From an uncultured Acidobacteriota bacterium (GTDB lineage Bacteria; Acidobacteriota; Blastocatellia; RBC074), in NCBI GenBank assembly GCA_963796275.1, contig CAWCKY010000006.1:1600001-1664000 (forward strand): 64,000 bases of DNA, given 5' to 3'. Each line of letters opens with the position of its first letter. Position 1 is the first letter of the stretch. A model generated the notes under the pieces. The model did not search any database and was not told the DNA's origin. It worked only from the letters and a program-made list of their open reading frames with translations. Both the position numbers and the translations under genes were made by a program. Positions 10,769-20,545 of the stretch are shown here, in pieces.

Positions 10769-12607
10769 TCAAGCTTGATCCCATACCGCGAGCATAACCA
10801 ACTGCCTGATGAGAGGTTCATTGGTATCGTCGCCGTTTTCATATTTGCTGACCATTTTTTTGACTTTGGAGAGATTAAACGGACCGTCTTTAATGATGTC
10901 GATATTGGGCAATTCGCCGACCACTTCTCTGAACTCTTTGTTCTGTCGGAGGTAATACCTCCAGGGTACGCCGAATCCCCATTTGCGGTGGTGCAGCACG
11001 ACCTGCGGTAACCGCGAGCCGATTGCACGGCGCATTATTGATCTGCTTTTCCTTCTTGAATTAAGCGTGGAGGAGGGTATGGCTGCCAGTATCTCAACCA
11101 GCCTATGGTCGAGGAATGGTACGCGGCACTCGATCGATGCGCCCATCATCATTCGGTCGTTTCGTTCCAGTGCCGAACAAAGTAATGTATGTTGATCGCA
11201 ATACATCGCCTGTCGCATCGGTTCATTGGGATAGAGAGCTTTGGCCTCGGCGAGCACGGCATTCCGATAAGGGAAATCTAGCGATAGCTTCATTCCCAGC
11301 TTTTCCAGGTCTTCCGGAAAGGTTTCACATGCATTGAAAAGGATGATGCGGTCGATTGAGCTCAGTTTGAGGTACCTGCTCAATTTCCGAAGGCGTCCCG
11401 GGAGCTTAACGATTGCGATGAATCGCGGTAAGAATGGCCGTACAGCCTTTAATAATTTGGGGTTGCGCAGCGGTATATACCGCGCATGTCCACCCAGCAT
11501 TTCATCGCCGCCCTCGCCGGAAAGCAGGATCGTCACACGCGACCTGGCGTATTTTGCTGCCGCCAGCAGATGAATATCATTCGCATGCGCGAGCGGTTGG
11601 TCGTTGAGCCAGGAAGCCTTGCGCAAGAGCGGAAGCAGCTCATAGGGTTCAACTTCCAGCTCATGGAAATTCAATTGCCAGCGATCGGCAACCTGCTTCG
11701 CGATCGGCCCTTCGTCATAACCGGGTTTGGCGAAGCGTACCGTGAAGCTGGCCATCCCGGAACCTGCCTGTGTCGCCAGCGATGCCGCTAAGCTGCTTGA
11801 ATCCATACCACCGCTCAAGAGCACGCCTAGCGGAACATCGCCGGCACGTTCGATGTTCACCGCGCTATCGAATGTCTTGCGGAACCAGTCTGCTGCATCT
11901 TTCGGCAGGTTCTCGCGATGCGCGAGAGCCTGGTCCGCCAGGTTCCACCATCGCCTGATTTGACTGACGCCGTTCTTCCAGATGATGTAATGTCCCGGAA
12001 GCAGCCGCCTTACTCCGGTGAAGACAGTTCGCTCGCCGCTGACGAAGCGAAAGCATAATAGCTCTTCCCAGACGTTGCGATCGAACTGCCTGGGGACCCC
12101 CATGGTGAACAATGCCTTCTGTTCTGACGCGAAGTAGAGCCCATCGTCGTGAAACGCATAATAGACCGGCTTGATTCCCAGGCGGTCACGCGCCAAAAAC
12201 AAAACACGCTCATTCTCATCCCAGATGGCGAAGGCGAACGTTCCGTTAAGCCGTTCCAGCATCCTCGGTCCCTGATTTACGAATAAGTTCAATACCACCT
12301 CGGTATCTGTATTCGAGCGGAAGCTGAAACCGCGATCTTTCAGTACAGAACGAATCTCCTTATAGTTATAGACCCCGCCGTCAAAAATGATCTTATAACG
12401 TCCGGCCCCGGAGCTCATCGGCATACGGCCGTGTTCCGAAAGGTCTAGTACCGCCAGACGGCGGGATCCGAAGGCGATCCCGGGGGCTATGTAGTATCCC
12501 GAGTCGTCGGGCCCACGATGAGTCAGGGAATCTCGCATTTCGATGAATTTATCTGTCCTGACGATTCGCCGGCGATCGTTATACACAACACCACAGATAC
12601 CGCTCAT
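10769..12607 (-). CDS. Asparagine-synthase-like amidoligase with an apparently inactive glutaminase domain
   Basis: HRGPD, RDRLGIKP, LSGGMDSS, GEGGDE and RVPFLD are present, but the N-terminus is MSGICG (no nucleophilic Cys) and FDGGVYN replaces FNGEIYN. Confidence 0.85.
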   Translation of the reverse strand: MSGICGVVYNDRRRIVRTDKFIEMRDSLTHRGPDDSGYYIAPGIAFGSRRLAVLDLSEHGRMPMSSGAGRYKIIFDGGVYNYKEIRSVLKDRGFSFRSNTDTEVVLNLFVNQGPRMLERLNGTFAFAIWDENERVLFLARDRLGIKPVYYAFHDDGLYFASEQKALFTMGVPRQFDRNVWEELLCFRFVSGERTVFTGVRRLLPGHYIIWKNGVSQIRRWWNLADQALAHRENLPKDAADWFRKTFDSAVNIERAGDVPLGVLLSGGMDSSSLAASLATQAGSGMASFTVRFAKPGYDEGPIAKQVADRWQLNFHELEVEPYELLPLLRKASWLNDQPLAHANDIHLLAAAKYARSRVTILLSGEGGDEMLGGHARYIPLRNPKLLKAVRPFLPRFIAIVKLPGRLRKLSRYLKLSSIDRIILFNACETFPEDLEKLGMKLSLDFPYRNAVLAEAKALYPNEPMRQAMYCDQHTLLCSALERNDRMMMGASIECRVPFLDHRLVEILAAIPSSTLNSRRKSRSIMRRAIGSRLPQVVLHHRKWGFGVPWRYYLRQNKEFREVVGELPNIDIIKDGPFNLSKVKKMVSKYENGDDTNEPLIRQLVMLAVWDQA

Positions 12608-12647
12608 CAGATGTTCTCCAGAATTACTTGAAGATTGTGCGAATTAA

Positions 12648-12892
12648 ACAGATGCGTGCAAATAAAAAGGTCATTGAACTCAATGTTATCGGTCCTGAGC
12701 GCAAGAGGCGCGGGATGTTTTGAACTCGTCTCCCACATCTCGCAACCTCCGGAGGAGCGACATATGAAATGCCTATATGCTGCAAATCCGGAGCTTGTTA
12801 GACTTGGGTGATCGAGTGCTATATACATCAGACTCCTCAGGGGCCAATCAGAAACTTTCGACAATGACCAAGTTTAATTTGCACAGTCCTCA
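12648..12892 (+). mobile_element. ~245-bp MITE/REPIN-like element, family A copy 1
   Basis: Colinear similarity to 20301-20544. Ends in ATTTGCACAGTCCTCA and has an internal CTCCGGAGGAGCGACAT hairpin. Confidence 0.75.
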
Positions 12893-12924
12893 ATTAAATT
12901 CCAACGTAATCAGAAGTTAGGCAG

Positions 12925-13078
12925 CTCAGTACTGAAAGGCGCGAAATGTTTAAGGCCATTCGATTGCCCACATTTCATCAGCTCAGAGGAGCGACATCTC
13001 CGCTTTCAGATGCCGCTCCTTCAGGGGGGAGATTTAACTCATCAACAGCGCTATAAAATATCGGAGACCACCGGACCT
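12925..13078 (+). repeat. Divergent partial family-A-related unit without terminal repeats
   Basis: GGCGCGAAATGTTT..GAGGAGCGACATCT..AGATGCCGCTCCT..GCTATAAAATATCGG. Confidence 0.5.
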
Positions 13079-13350
13079 ACCAGAAACTGGTAACAACCGG
13101 CTTTAATTGGTACAGGCATCAATTACCTCGGCAATTCATCTTACGCTCGTATAAACGCAATTGAGCCTTCCCCTTTTTCAAAGCCGGTACGCGCTATCGG
13201 GAGTATCCAGTCGCGTAATCGGCGGCTGAGCTGTTCTTATTATTCGCGGCGCGGTTGCTGCGCTCCGCACCCCTATCGAAAATATGCGTTTATATGACCT
13301 CCGGCGTTGAAAGGCTGACCGCTTACGCGGCTGTTATCTGAAATTGTCGA

Positions 13351-14736
13351 TTACTCGGACATCAATGCTACCCATCTATGATCGCCGAGCTGAATCTGGG
13401 CTCCACGCGGTTCAAGCCTGGCTTCTGGTAACAGATCGTTTAGGTACTTGCGTAGCTCCCGTTCCTGTCCAGCCTGCGCCATTTCGGTAAGTCGCTGCAG
13501 CGAGTGGTGCATTTTTTCCGGGGAGTATGCGGCCATTTTTCCCAGGCGGATCATCGGGTGATTTGTATTCGTTCCCGCATCTTCGCTCTCACAGGGTTCA
13601 TCAACCTCACCCAGACCGAGTATGAATATCTCGCCTCCATCTCCCATGGCGCCGGCCTGCAGCGCTAATTGCGCCGCCTCTGGTATCGACGAGCCGACAA
13701 CATTGCCGAAGCGCACTGAAACATAACGGCTGTAAGATCGCTGGTTCAGACCTTGGATTGCCAGCTCGGCTATGCGCTTAGACGCGCCCATGACTGATTT
13801 GGGACGGGAAGCTTTATTGGTTGATATCAGGACGAATGTTTCCACGCCGCAAGTGCCTGCCAATTCCCCGAGATTGAATGCGGCGATCGCGTTATTCTTG
13901 ACCGCCTCGATCATATTAAATTCCATCATCGCGATGTGCTTGTGTGCTGCCGCATGAAGTACAACTTGAGGATTGAATAGATTGAAGATCGTCCACATTC
14001 TTCTGATGTCGCAAACGTCAGCGAGCAGAGGGACAAGTGATATCTCAAGCCGGCGATCGCGTAGCTCTCGATCGATGCTCAGTAACGAACATTCAGCCCG
14101 CTCTACTAACAAAAGCGATGCCGGTCGAAAGCGCGCCACCTGTCGCGCGAGCTCTGCCCCAATCGATCCGCCGGCCCCCGTCACCATTACCGTTTTTCCG
14201 GTCAGGAACTGCCCCATCTCATCTTCAGCGAGTTGATACGGCTCTCGGCCGGGAAAAATTTCTACCGTCCTGCCACGATCGCAGTCGATCGGAACCTCCT
14301 GCTGCGCCGCTTCCGACTTCACCTTCGTATGCGTCTCATCCAGAGCGCGGCAGATCACTCGGACTCCGAGTATTCCGCAATAACCGATAATCATGTTTAT
14401 AACAATTACGGAGAGGGGGATCCTGAACTCTCCCATAGAATTGGGAAGTACCAGCCGGAGTAACGCTATGGGCATCGCGGCGCTGACTGCAGCCATGAAA
14501 AATGTCTGCACATCTGCGAGTTTGACGAAGCGCCAGTTGAATTTTTGGCACCCGAAGAAATGAAGCGCAGCGAGCTCGATAGCTACTACATAGGGTAACT
14601 GTAACGATAAGTTATGGAACTGATTTTGAGGTATGTTGAAATCGAATCGTAAAAGATAAGCCGTTACGAAAGATACTATCAAAATTAATAGGTCAAATGA
14701 GCGTTGTAGCAATTTTATAAGTTGAAGATGGTACAT
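13351..14736 (-). CDS. CapD/PglF/WbpM-like nucleotide-sugar dehydratase homologue, internally deleted and degenerate
   Basis: Four N-terminal TMs (AYLLRFDF), TGAGGSIGAEL, HAAAHKH, MGASKR and RFGNV. STNKA replaces STDKA, and segments are missing in-frame. Confidence 0.8.
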   Translation of the reverse strand: MYHLQLIKLLQRSFDLLILIVSFVTAYLLRFDFNIPQNQFHNLSLQLPYVVAIELAALHFFGCQKFNWRFVKLADVQTFFMAAVSAAMPIALLRLVLPNSMGEFRIPLSVIVINMIIGYCGILGVRVICRALDETHTKVKSEAAQQEVPIDCDRGRTVEIFPGREPYQLAEDEMGQFLTGKTVMVTGAGGSIGAELARQVARFRPASLLLVERAECSLLSIDRELRDRRLEISLVPLLADVCDIRRMWTIFNLFNPQVVLHAAAHKHIAMMEFNMIEAVKNNAIAAFNLGELAGTCGVETFVLISTNKASRPKSVMGASKRIAELAIQGLNQRSYSRYVSVRFGNVVGSSIPEAAQLALQAGAMGDGGEIFILGLGEVDEPCESEDAGTNTNHPMIRLGKMAAYSPEKMHHSLQRLTEMAQAGQERELRKYLNDLLPEARLEPRGAQIQLGDHRWVALMSE

Positions 14737-14764
14737 AGGTCGGCGTGGATAAAGCTACAAAAAT

Positions 14765-14820
14765 ACACACCTCGGCTAAGCGTACAGGACCGTAAAAGGA
14801 AAGACACCCTGTCGAAGCGG
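14765..14820 (-). promoter_or_regulatory. Conserved upstream motif, copy 2 (shared with the wza leader)
   Basis: Plus strand ACACACC-N17-ACCGTAAAAGGAAA-N7-TGTCGAAGCGG, compared with 41822-41875. Confidence 0.45.
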
Positions 14821-15019
14821 AAATTTATGAAGCTATAGTTGCTAACTGGGCGACAAGGAAGAGAGGTTTTATTGACCGTCGCCGGATTAGTGTGATGAAT
14901 AGAGCCGAGAGTCACAGGCTGGGGTAAACAATCGATAACTAAATGTGGTTTATAAATTCCACATTCATAATCGCTGTTTCTGTAGACTCGAGTTTATGTC
15001 AAATATTCAGCTTTTATAC

Positions 15020-15192
15020 TCATCTTTTATTTCAAACTTACTCTATCTTTTCAAATATTTTCAAACTTACTCTATCTTTTCAAACTTATCTATCTTTTCA
15101 ATCTTCTTTCAAACTTTGCTATCTACATCTATCTTTGCTATCTAAATCTTTGCTATCTACAGCTATCTTATCTATATTCAACCTTATCTATT
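15020..15192. repeat. AT-rich degenerate tandem repeat tract
   Basis: TTTCAAACTTACTCTATCTTTTCAAA twice plus a variant, and CTTTGCTATCTA three times. G is very scarce on the plus strand. Confidence 0.7.
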
Positions 15193-15469
15193 AGATTGGG
15201 ATGAATAGAATATTATTTCCTATAGAAACACATCAGAAATTACTCTCGTATAGTTCACATTTTGCATTAACTCAGCATTGCTGTCAATAATTTTTTCTGC
15301 TTGTTATCAATGATATCTGTTATTTCAAGAATGTGATTGCACAAGACGGACGCACAAGGTGCGGGTAATGGCCAGAAAGCGCAGTGGATAAACCATATCT
15401 CAGTCACTTTCTGCGTTTCCTTCCCGCTCTTTGCCTCTTTTGGGCGAACCGGCTTCACTCATGGACCAT

Positions 15470-18400
15470 CTATGGCGACGTCGTGGTATTCCCTGTATTC
15501 GAGTAAGACGAATTGCCCGCCGAATTCTGCGCCCGCACTCGATAGTAGTACGTAATATTGCCTGTCAATCCGGAGTCCGAAAAGCCAGTTACACCGGCGC
15601 CGGCCGACGCGATTTGCACGAAAGTCGTACCGTTGGTCGAGCGCTCTATCCTGAATAAATTTTCGTTCGTTGAATTATCTGTCCAGCTCAGGTCGATCCG
15701 ATTGCTCGAGATCGCCGTTGCTGTGAGGTTGCCCGGCGCATTCGGCAGGACATCACTGACCGTCATGGTAACCGATCCTGAATAGGCATATGCCCCGTTG
15801 TCGGATGTAGCTTTCGCCCTGAGCGAGTAGTTGCCTGTATCGACATCGCCCCACGTGAACTCATAAGGCGCAGCCTCGTCTGTGCCGATCAGAGTCGAGC
15901 CGCGATAAAAATCGACCCTGGTAATCGCGCCATCGGCGTCTGCGGCATTCGCCGTAATATTGATGGTCGACGGGGCTATGAACGTCGCGCCGCTCGCCGG
16001 GTTTGTGATGCTCACCGTTGGCGGCTGGTTCGGATTGACCGTGATGCCTATAACGCTCGATGTTGTCGTCCCTCCTCTGTTGTCGATCGCTTTGGCCGTC
16101 AGCGAGTAGCTGCCTGGAGAAACATTGCTCCAAGTGAAATCGAAAGGCGCCGTAGTGTCAGAGCCGAGGGACGATGTGCCGCGATAGAAGTCGACCCTCG
16201 CGATTGTGCCGTCAACGTCAGCTACATCGGCGATGATCGTGATCGTCGCCGGAGCGGCGAAAGTCGCGCCGCCCGACGGGCTTAAAATACTCACAGTCGG
16301 CAGCACGTTCGGATTATCTGTGATCGTAATGTTGACCGCGCTCGAAATCGTGGCCCCTCCGCTATTGTCCGTCGCCCTGGCTGTCAGCGTGTGGCTGCCC
16401 GGCACCGCATTGCTCCATGCGAATTCATACGGCGCAACATTGTCTGTGCCGAGTAGAATTGTGCCGCGATAAAAATCTACTCTCGTAATCGTCCCGTCAG
16501 CATCAGCCGCGCCCGCGGTAATCGTGATAGTCGAAGCCGCGCTGAAGGTCAAACCACTCGATGGACTCGTGATGCTCACTGTCGGTGGCGCGCTCGGTGT
16601 GAGACTGACGCCTATCGCGCTCGAAGTCGCGACGCCTCCGCTGTTGTCCGTCGCCCTGGCTGTCAAGGAATAACTGCCGGCCAGGACATTGCTCCACGTG
16701 AATTCATAAGGCGCAGTCAGATCCGTCCCCAGGAGATTCGCATCCTGATAAAAATCGACTTTCTCCACCGTGCCATCGTTGTCGGAAGCGGCGGCTGTGA
16801 TCGTGAATGTGGCCGGCGCTCCGAAGCTCGAGCCGCTTGCCGGGCCCGTGATACTCACAGTGGGCCGCACATTCGACGAAGTTATCCCTTTGACGATCGT
16901 GAAGCTGTCGTCAATCGCGCCGGTATCGCGGATGTATTTGGCGTCGAGCCTGTTTGAGTCGATGTCGAGCACCAGCGTGCCTCTATTGTTCATCGAGATG
17001 AACATACCCGGATGATTGAGCGCGCCGCCGCTCAACTGTCCCGCATTTCCTGCGACGACGTAAACGGTGCCCCCATGCGGAGCAGGACCCAATGTAGGTT
17101 TAGTATATTCTCCTGCGCCTGCCGGCCGGCCATCTCCATCGTTCTTTTTCATCGCACTGTTGAATGTGCTTGACGCGCCGTAATGTCCATCGAGCAGATA
17201 TGAACGCTCATAGCCGTGGCTGTGCCCGCAGAGCACCAGGTCTACCCCGTGGTTCTCCAGGATCGGCAGGATATATTGGCGCATCTCGACGAGCTCGTCC
17301 TCAGTATCCGAATTATGTGACCCTTTGCTGTATGGCGGGTGATGCCAGTATGCGATCACCCAGTCTTTGGTGTTGTTGGCCAGGTCGTTCTGCAACCAGG
17401 ATAACATCGGGCTGCCCGGCGCGCGCGCGGAAGTGAACGAATCAAGGCAGACAAAATGGATATTCCCGTAATTGAACGAATAGTAGTCTTCGGTTCCCGA
17501 CGCGATGCCCCCCACCTCGCCATTCTGTGGAAGGACAAAGATGTTGTGAAAGGGCAATGGTTTTACCGGATTGGGCAAACCTGCAGAATCATGATTACCG
17601 AGCGTCGGCCACAGGACCGACTGCCTCAATGTCATCGGGTAGACATTGAAGAGACCTCTCTGGTAATCGGCATCGCTGCCGAAATCGTATGCGTTGTCGC
17701 CTAGCATCAGCCACAGGTCGGTGAAACGTGAGCCGGTGAAATTGTAGTAGGCGTCCCGCGTCAATCTTTGACCTTCTCCGGCGGTCCCCGCATCGCCCAG
17801 CACCCAGATGCGTGTCGGTTTGGCAGCCGCAGGTGCAGTGACGAAGAAATGTGTTGGGTCGCCGCCCCCCAAAGTCAACGATGATGTGCCGAATGAATAA
17901 TAGTACTTGGTGTTCGGCGACATGCCCGTAAGAGTTACTCGATGTTCGTTAGTCGCTGCCGTATCGACCGCAATCAGGTTCAAATTCGATTGGTTTGTGC
18001 CGAAGCGCACGCGGCTGTCGCCTGGGGTAGCGGTGCGCCAGCAGATCACCATGCTCGTCGTTGTGCCCATCTGCAGATATGGCCCACGCGTGACGTTTGT
18101 CGCCAGCTGCTCGCTCGACCCTGTCAATTCAAGGTCGAAGCTGATGTCGGGATCGGATGGGCTGACCTGATGGATTTCGACAGCCAAGACATTTGTCCCG
18201 GTCACGAGCGACGACGGGCTGACATTCGTTTGAATGACGGTGTTGCCGTCATTCGCCGCTGAGGTCGATGCCGGGGTGGAGTAGGAAACGGCTCCCGCAG
18301 GCATATTGTTCCGATAGACCTCGCTGCCGTTCAGATAAACGATGATTCCGTCATCGCGTTTCACGCTCAGGCTTAGTGAGCTGAACGACGGCGGATATAC

Positions 18401-19258
18401 GACCGTGAACGCTTTACGAAAATAGGTTGTGAGGTGTTTATTGCCGGAGCTCGGGCCATAACTGACGACTGTCGCCTCGTCCCCATTGCCATAACCGAGT
18501 TCTGCGGGCCCCGATGCCCAGGAGAAGTCATCGAATGACGGGGCAACCCACTCTGTCCCCTGGTTCGAGCCGTCATCGAGATATTTCCAGGCCGAACCTA
18601 GCGCGACGAATGTATTCAATGCGGGCGAGAGCGCCCCTTGCAATTCAAGATCGAAACTTATATCGGAGCTGGAACGGTCGGATTGGTGGATTTCGACCGC
18701 CAGCACATTGATTCCGCTGGTCAGCAGACTGGCGCTGACGGATGATTGAAGGAAAGTTGCGCCGTCATCAGCGGCGGCAAGGGCCGGCGTGGTATAGCTC
18801 ACCGTCCCCGCCGGTATATTGTCCCGATAGACTTCGTTGCCGTTCAGATAGACCACAACCCCATCGTCGCGCTTGACGCGCAACGTCAAACCCTGAAGGT
18901 CACCCGCATTGGCGACTGAGAACGCTAGCCGGAAATAGGTCGTGATAAATTTGCTGCCGGGGCTGGGACCGTAGCTGACAACCGTGGCTTCACCGCCATC
19001 GCCATAACCGAGTTCTGCTGGGCCCGAAGCCCAGGAAGAATCATCGAAGTTCGGAGATCGCCATGCCGTGCCCAGGTCTGTGCCGTTATCCAGAAATTTC
19101 CAGGTGGCGCCCGCTGGCACGAGCATTGCCGATGATTGCGCCCTGGCAGTCATCGGTAGGTAATGATAAAAGATGAATGCTAGGAAGAATGCGGCGAGGA
19201 GTAATTTGGCGAACGCCTGGCCGTGTGAAATTGCATGGGATCGTTTGTTTGTTGACAT
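15470..19258 (-). CDS. Secreted or membrane-anchored purple-acid-phosphatase-like metallophosphoesterase with two N-terminal beta domains, four Ig-like repeats and Fn3
   Basis: Signal/TM segment; duplicated WKxLDxG..WASGPAELGYG domain; GDAG, GDNAY, GNHD, HHPPY and GHSH motifs; four PTVSI..P..RVDFY..YSLTA.A.DN repeats; C-terminal Fn3 (LSWTDNS..YYYRVRA). Confidence 0.88.
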   Translation of the reverse strand: MSTNKRSHAISHGQAFAKLLLAAFFLAFIFYHYLPMTARAQSSAMLVPAGATWKFLDNGTDLGTAWRSPNFDDSSWASGPAELGYGDGGEATVVSYGPSPGSKFITTYFRLAFSVANAGDLQGLTLRVKRDDGVVVYLNGNEVYRDNIPAGTVSYTTPALAAADDGATFLQSSVSASLLTSGINVLAVEIHQSDRSSSDISFDLELQGALSPALNTFVALGSAWKYLDDGSNQGTEWVAPSFDDFSWASGPAELGYGNGDEATVVSYGPSSGNKHLTTYFRKAFTVVYPPSFSSLSLSVKRDDGIIVYLNGSEVYRNNMPAGAVSYSTPASTSAANDGNTVIQTNVSPSSLVTGTNVLAVEIHQVSPSDPDISFDLELTGSSEQLATNVTRGPYLQMGTTTSMVICWRTATPGDSRVRFGTNQSNLNLIAVDTAATNEHRVTLTGMSPNTKYYYSFGTSSLTLGGGDPTHFFVTAPAAAKPTRIWVLGDAGTAGEGQRLTRDAYYNFTGSRFTDLWLMLGDNAYDFGSDADYQRGLFNVYPMTLRQSVLWPTLGNHDSAGLPNPVKPLPFHNIFVLPQNGEVGGIASGTEDYYSFNYGNIHFVCLDSFTSARAPGSPMLSWLQNDLANNTKDWVIAYWHHPPYSKGSHNSDTEDELVEMRQYILPILENHGVDLVLCGHSHGYERSYLLDGHYGASSTFNSAMKKNDGDGRPAGAGEYTKPTLGPAPHGGTVYVVAGNAGQLSGGALNHPGMFISMNNRGTLVLDIDSNRLDAKYIRDTGAIDDSFTIVKGITSSNVRPTVSITGPASGSSFGAPATFTITAAASDNDGTVEKVDFYQDANLLGTDLTAPYEFTWSNVLAGSYSLTARATDNSGGVATSSAIGVSLTPSAPPTVSITSPSSGLTFSAASTITITAGAADADGTITRVDFYRGTILLGTDNVAPYEFAWSNAVPGSHTLTARATDNSGGATISSAVNITITDNPNVLPTVSILSPSGGATFAAPATITIIADVADVDGTIARVDFYRGTSSLGSDTTAPFDFTWSNVSPGSYSLTAKAIDNRGGTTTSSVIGITVNPNQPPTVSITNPASGATFIAPSTINITANAADADGAITRVDFYRGSTLIGTDEAAPYEFTWGDVDTGNYSLRAKATSDNGAYAYSGSVTMTVSDVLPNAPGNLTATAISSNRIDLSWTDNSTNENLFRIERSTNGTTFVQIASAGAGVTGFSDSGLTGNITYYYRVRAQNSAGNSSYSNTGNTTTSP

Positions 19259-19310
19259 TGCTTCAGGCTCATTAAGGAGTTGGGGGTGATAGCGGGGAAC
19301 CGGCCCAGAT

Positions 19311-19554
19311 TATTGACATTCAGATTGGTCGTTTAATGCCCATGCCGAATTGCCGCGTGGCGGCAGGGATGAGTCTCATCCGGCGTTTCAACGCCGGCAC
19401 CGGCATCCATCGTCGCTACGCGACGAAGAAGGTGTACATTTCGTGCGAAAGTTTGGGCAATGACAAGGCGTTGAAACGCCGGGCTATATCCATAGCGTCG
19501 CGACGCGGCGGAAGCGAAGCAGGCAAACTTTGTAAAACCGATTGTCTGAAGCTC
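19311..19554 (+). repeat. ~240-bp REPIN-like element, family B copy 1
   Basis: Near-identical direct repeat of 29595-29825. Internal palindromes CCGGCGTTTCAACGCC/GGCGTTGAAACGCCGG and CGTCGCTACGCGACG. Confidence 0.8.
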
Positions 19555-19587
19555 GATACTTCGGGAATCGAGCCTTCATCGGTAGAA

Positions 19588-20265
19588 TTACGAAAAGGGG
19601 GGATGATCATCACTCAGAGTCCCGATCTCATCCATCGAAGGCTGATCAGTCATGGTGGGAAGAGCAACAGCTACAACCGTTTGCCATAAGACTTTCAGAT
19701 CGCTCATCCAGCTTCTACTCTCGAGATAGTTGATGTAACCTCTAAGTTTGAAAGGTTGAAGCATCTCCAGGTAAAATCTCTCACGATCCCCTTTGACTTG
19801 AGCGAGCAGCTCCTCTTCATTTCGCAGTCGCAGAGTCATAGGGTCAGTCAATCCAGGCCTCGCCTGAAGTACCATGAGCCATTCCGGATTTCCAAGATCG
19901 ACATAGCGCGGCACTTCAGGGCGTGGGCCGATCAGCGACATATCGCCTTTGAGAATATTCCAAAGTTCCGGAAGCTCATCGAGCTTGGTTTTACGTAGTA
20001 GCTTCCCCACTTTTGTGACGCGTGAATCGTCGCCGGCTGTTACCTGCGGCCCGCCGGACGCTACCCGCATCGTACGGATTTTGAATAACACGAAGTGCCG
20101 TCCCTTGAGCCCTACTCGTTTCTGACGGAAGATCACGGGTCCGGGCGAGGTGAGCGCCACTGCTGTCGCTGCCAGTGCGATAATGGGGCCGGAAACGATC
20201 AGGCCTACTATCGCTATCGCCGCTTCAATCGGGCGAGGTATTCCGCGTTTGATTTTGTTGGTCAT
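19588..20265 (-). CDS. Priming phosphoglycosyl transferase (small PglC-like sugar transferase)
   Basis: GPVIFRQKRVG, FKIRTM, LDELPELWNILKGDMSLIGPRPE. Confidence 0.92.
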   Translation of the reverse strand: MTNKIKRGIPRPIEAAIAIVGLIVSGPIIALAATAVALTSPGPVIFRQKRVGLKGRHFVLFKIRTMRVASGGPQVTAGDDSRVTKVGKLLRKTKLDELPELWNILKGDMSLIGPRPEVPRYVDLGNPEWLMVLQARPGLTDPMTLRLRNEEELLAQVKGDRERFYLEMLQPFKLRGYINYLESRSWMSDLKVLWQTVVAVALPTMTDQPSMDEIGTLSDDHPPFS

Positions 20266-20300
20266 CTTTTTGGTTTTTTCGTGAACCTTTCAGTTTAGAT

Positions 20301-20544
20301 AGAAGAGTGTGCAAATAAAGGTTCAATGAATCAACGATATCAATCCTGAGCGCCAGAGGCGCGGGATGTTTATAGAACTCGTTCTCCTACATCTAACAAG
20401 CTCCGGAGGAGCGACATATGAATCCTATATTTTGCTCCTCCGGAGCTTGTTAGACCTGGGTAATCGAATGCTAGATACATCGGGCTCCTCCGGAGACAAT
20501 CAGATACTATTGATAATAACCAACTTTAATTTGCACTGTCCTCA
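20301..20544 (+). mobile_element. ~245-bp MITE/REPIN-like element, family A copy 2
   Basis: GTGCAAAT...ATTTGCACTGTCCTCA ends and a hairpin CTAACAAGCTCCGGAGGAGC/GCTCCTCCGGAGCTTGTTAG. Confidence 0.75.
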
Positions 20545-20545
20545 G

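Noticed and set aside
10769-12607. Cys-less AsnB as a lasso peptide cyclase
   Set aside because: It retains a full-length glutaminase-like domain and sits in an EPS context; no leader peptidase, RRE or precursor is visible.
14943-15194. Small hydrophobic ORFs in the AT-rich tract
   Set aside because: Their composition follows from the low-complexity repeat, and there is no RBS.
19336-19689. Small ORFs within repeat elements (also 12607-12864, 20366-20602, 29597-29830)
   Set aside because: Reading frames are not preserved between copies and there are no transposase motifs.
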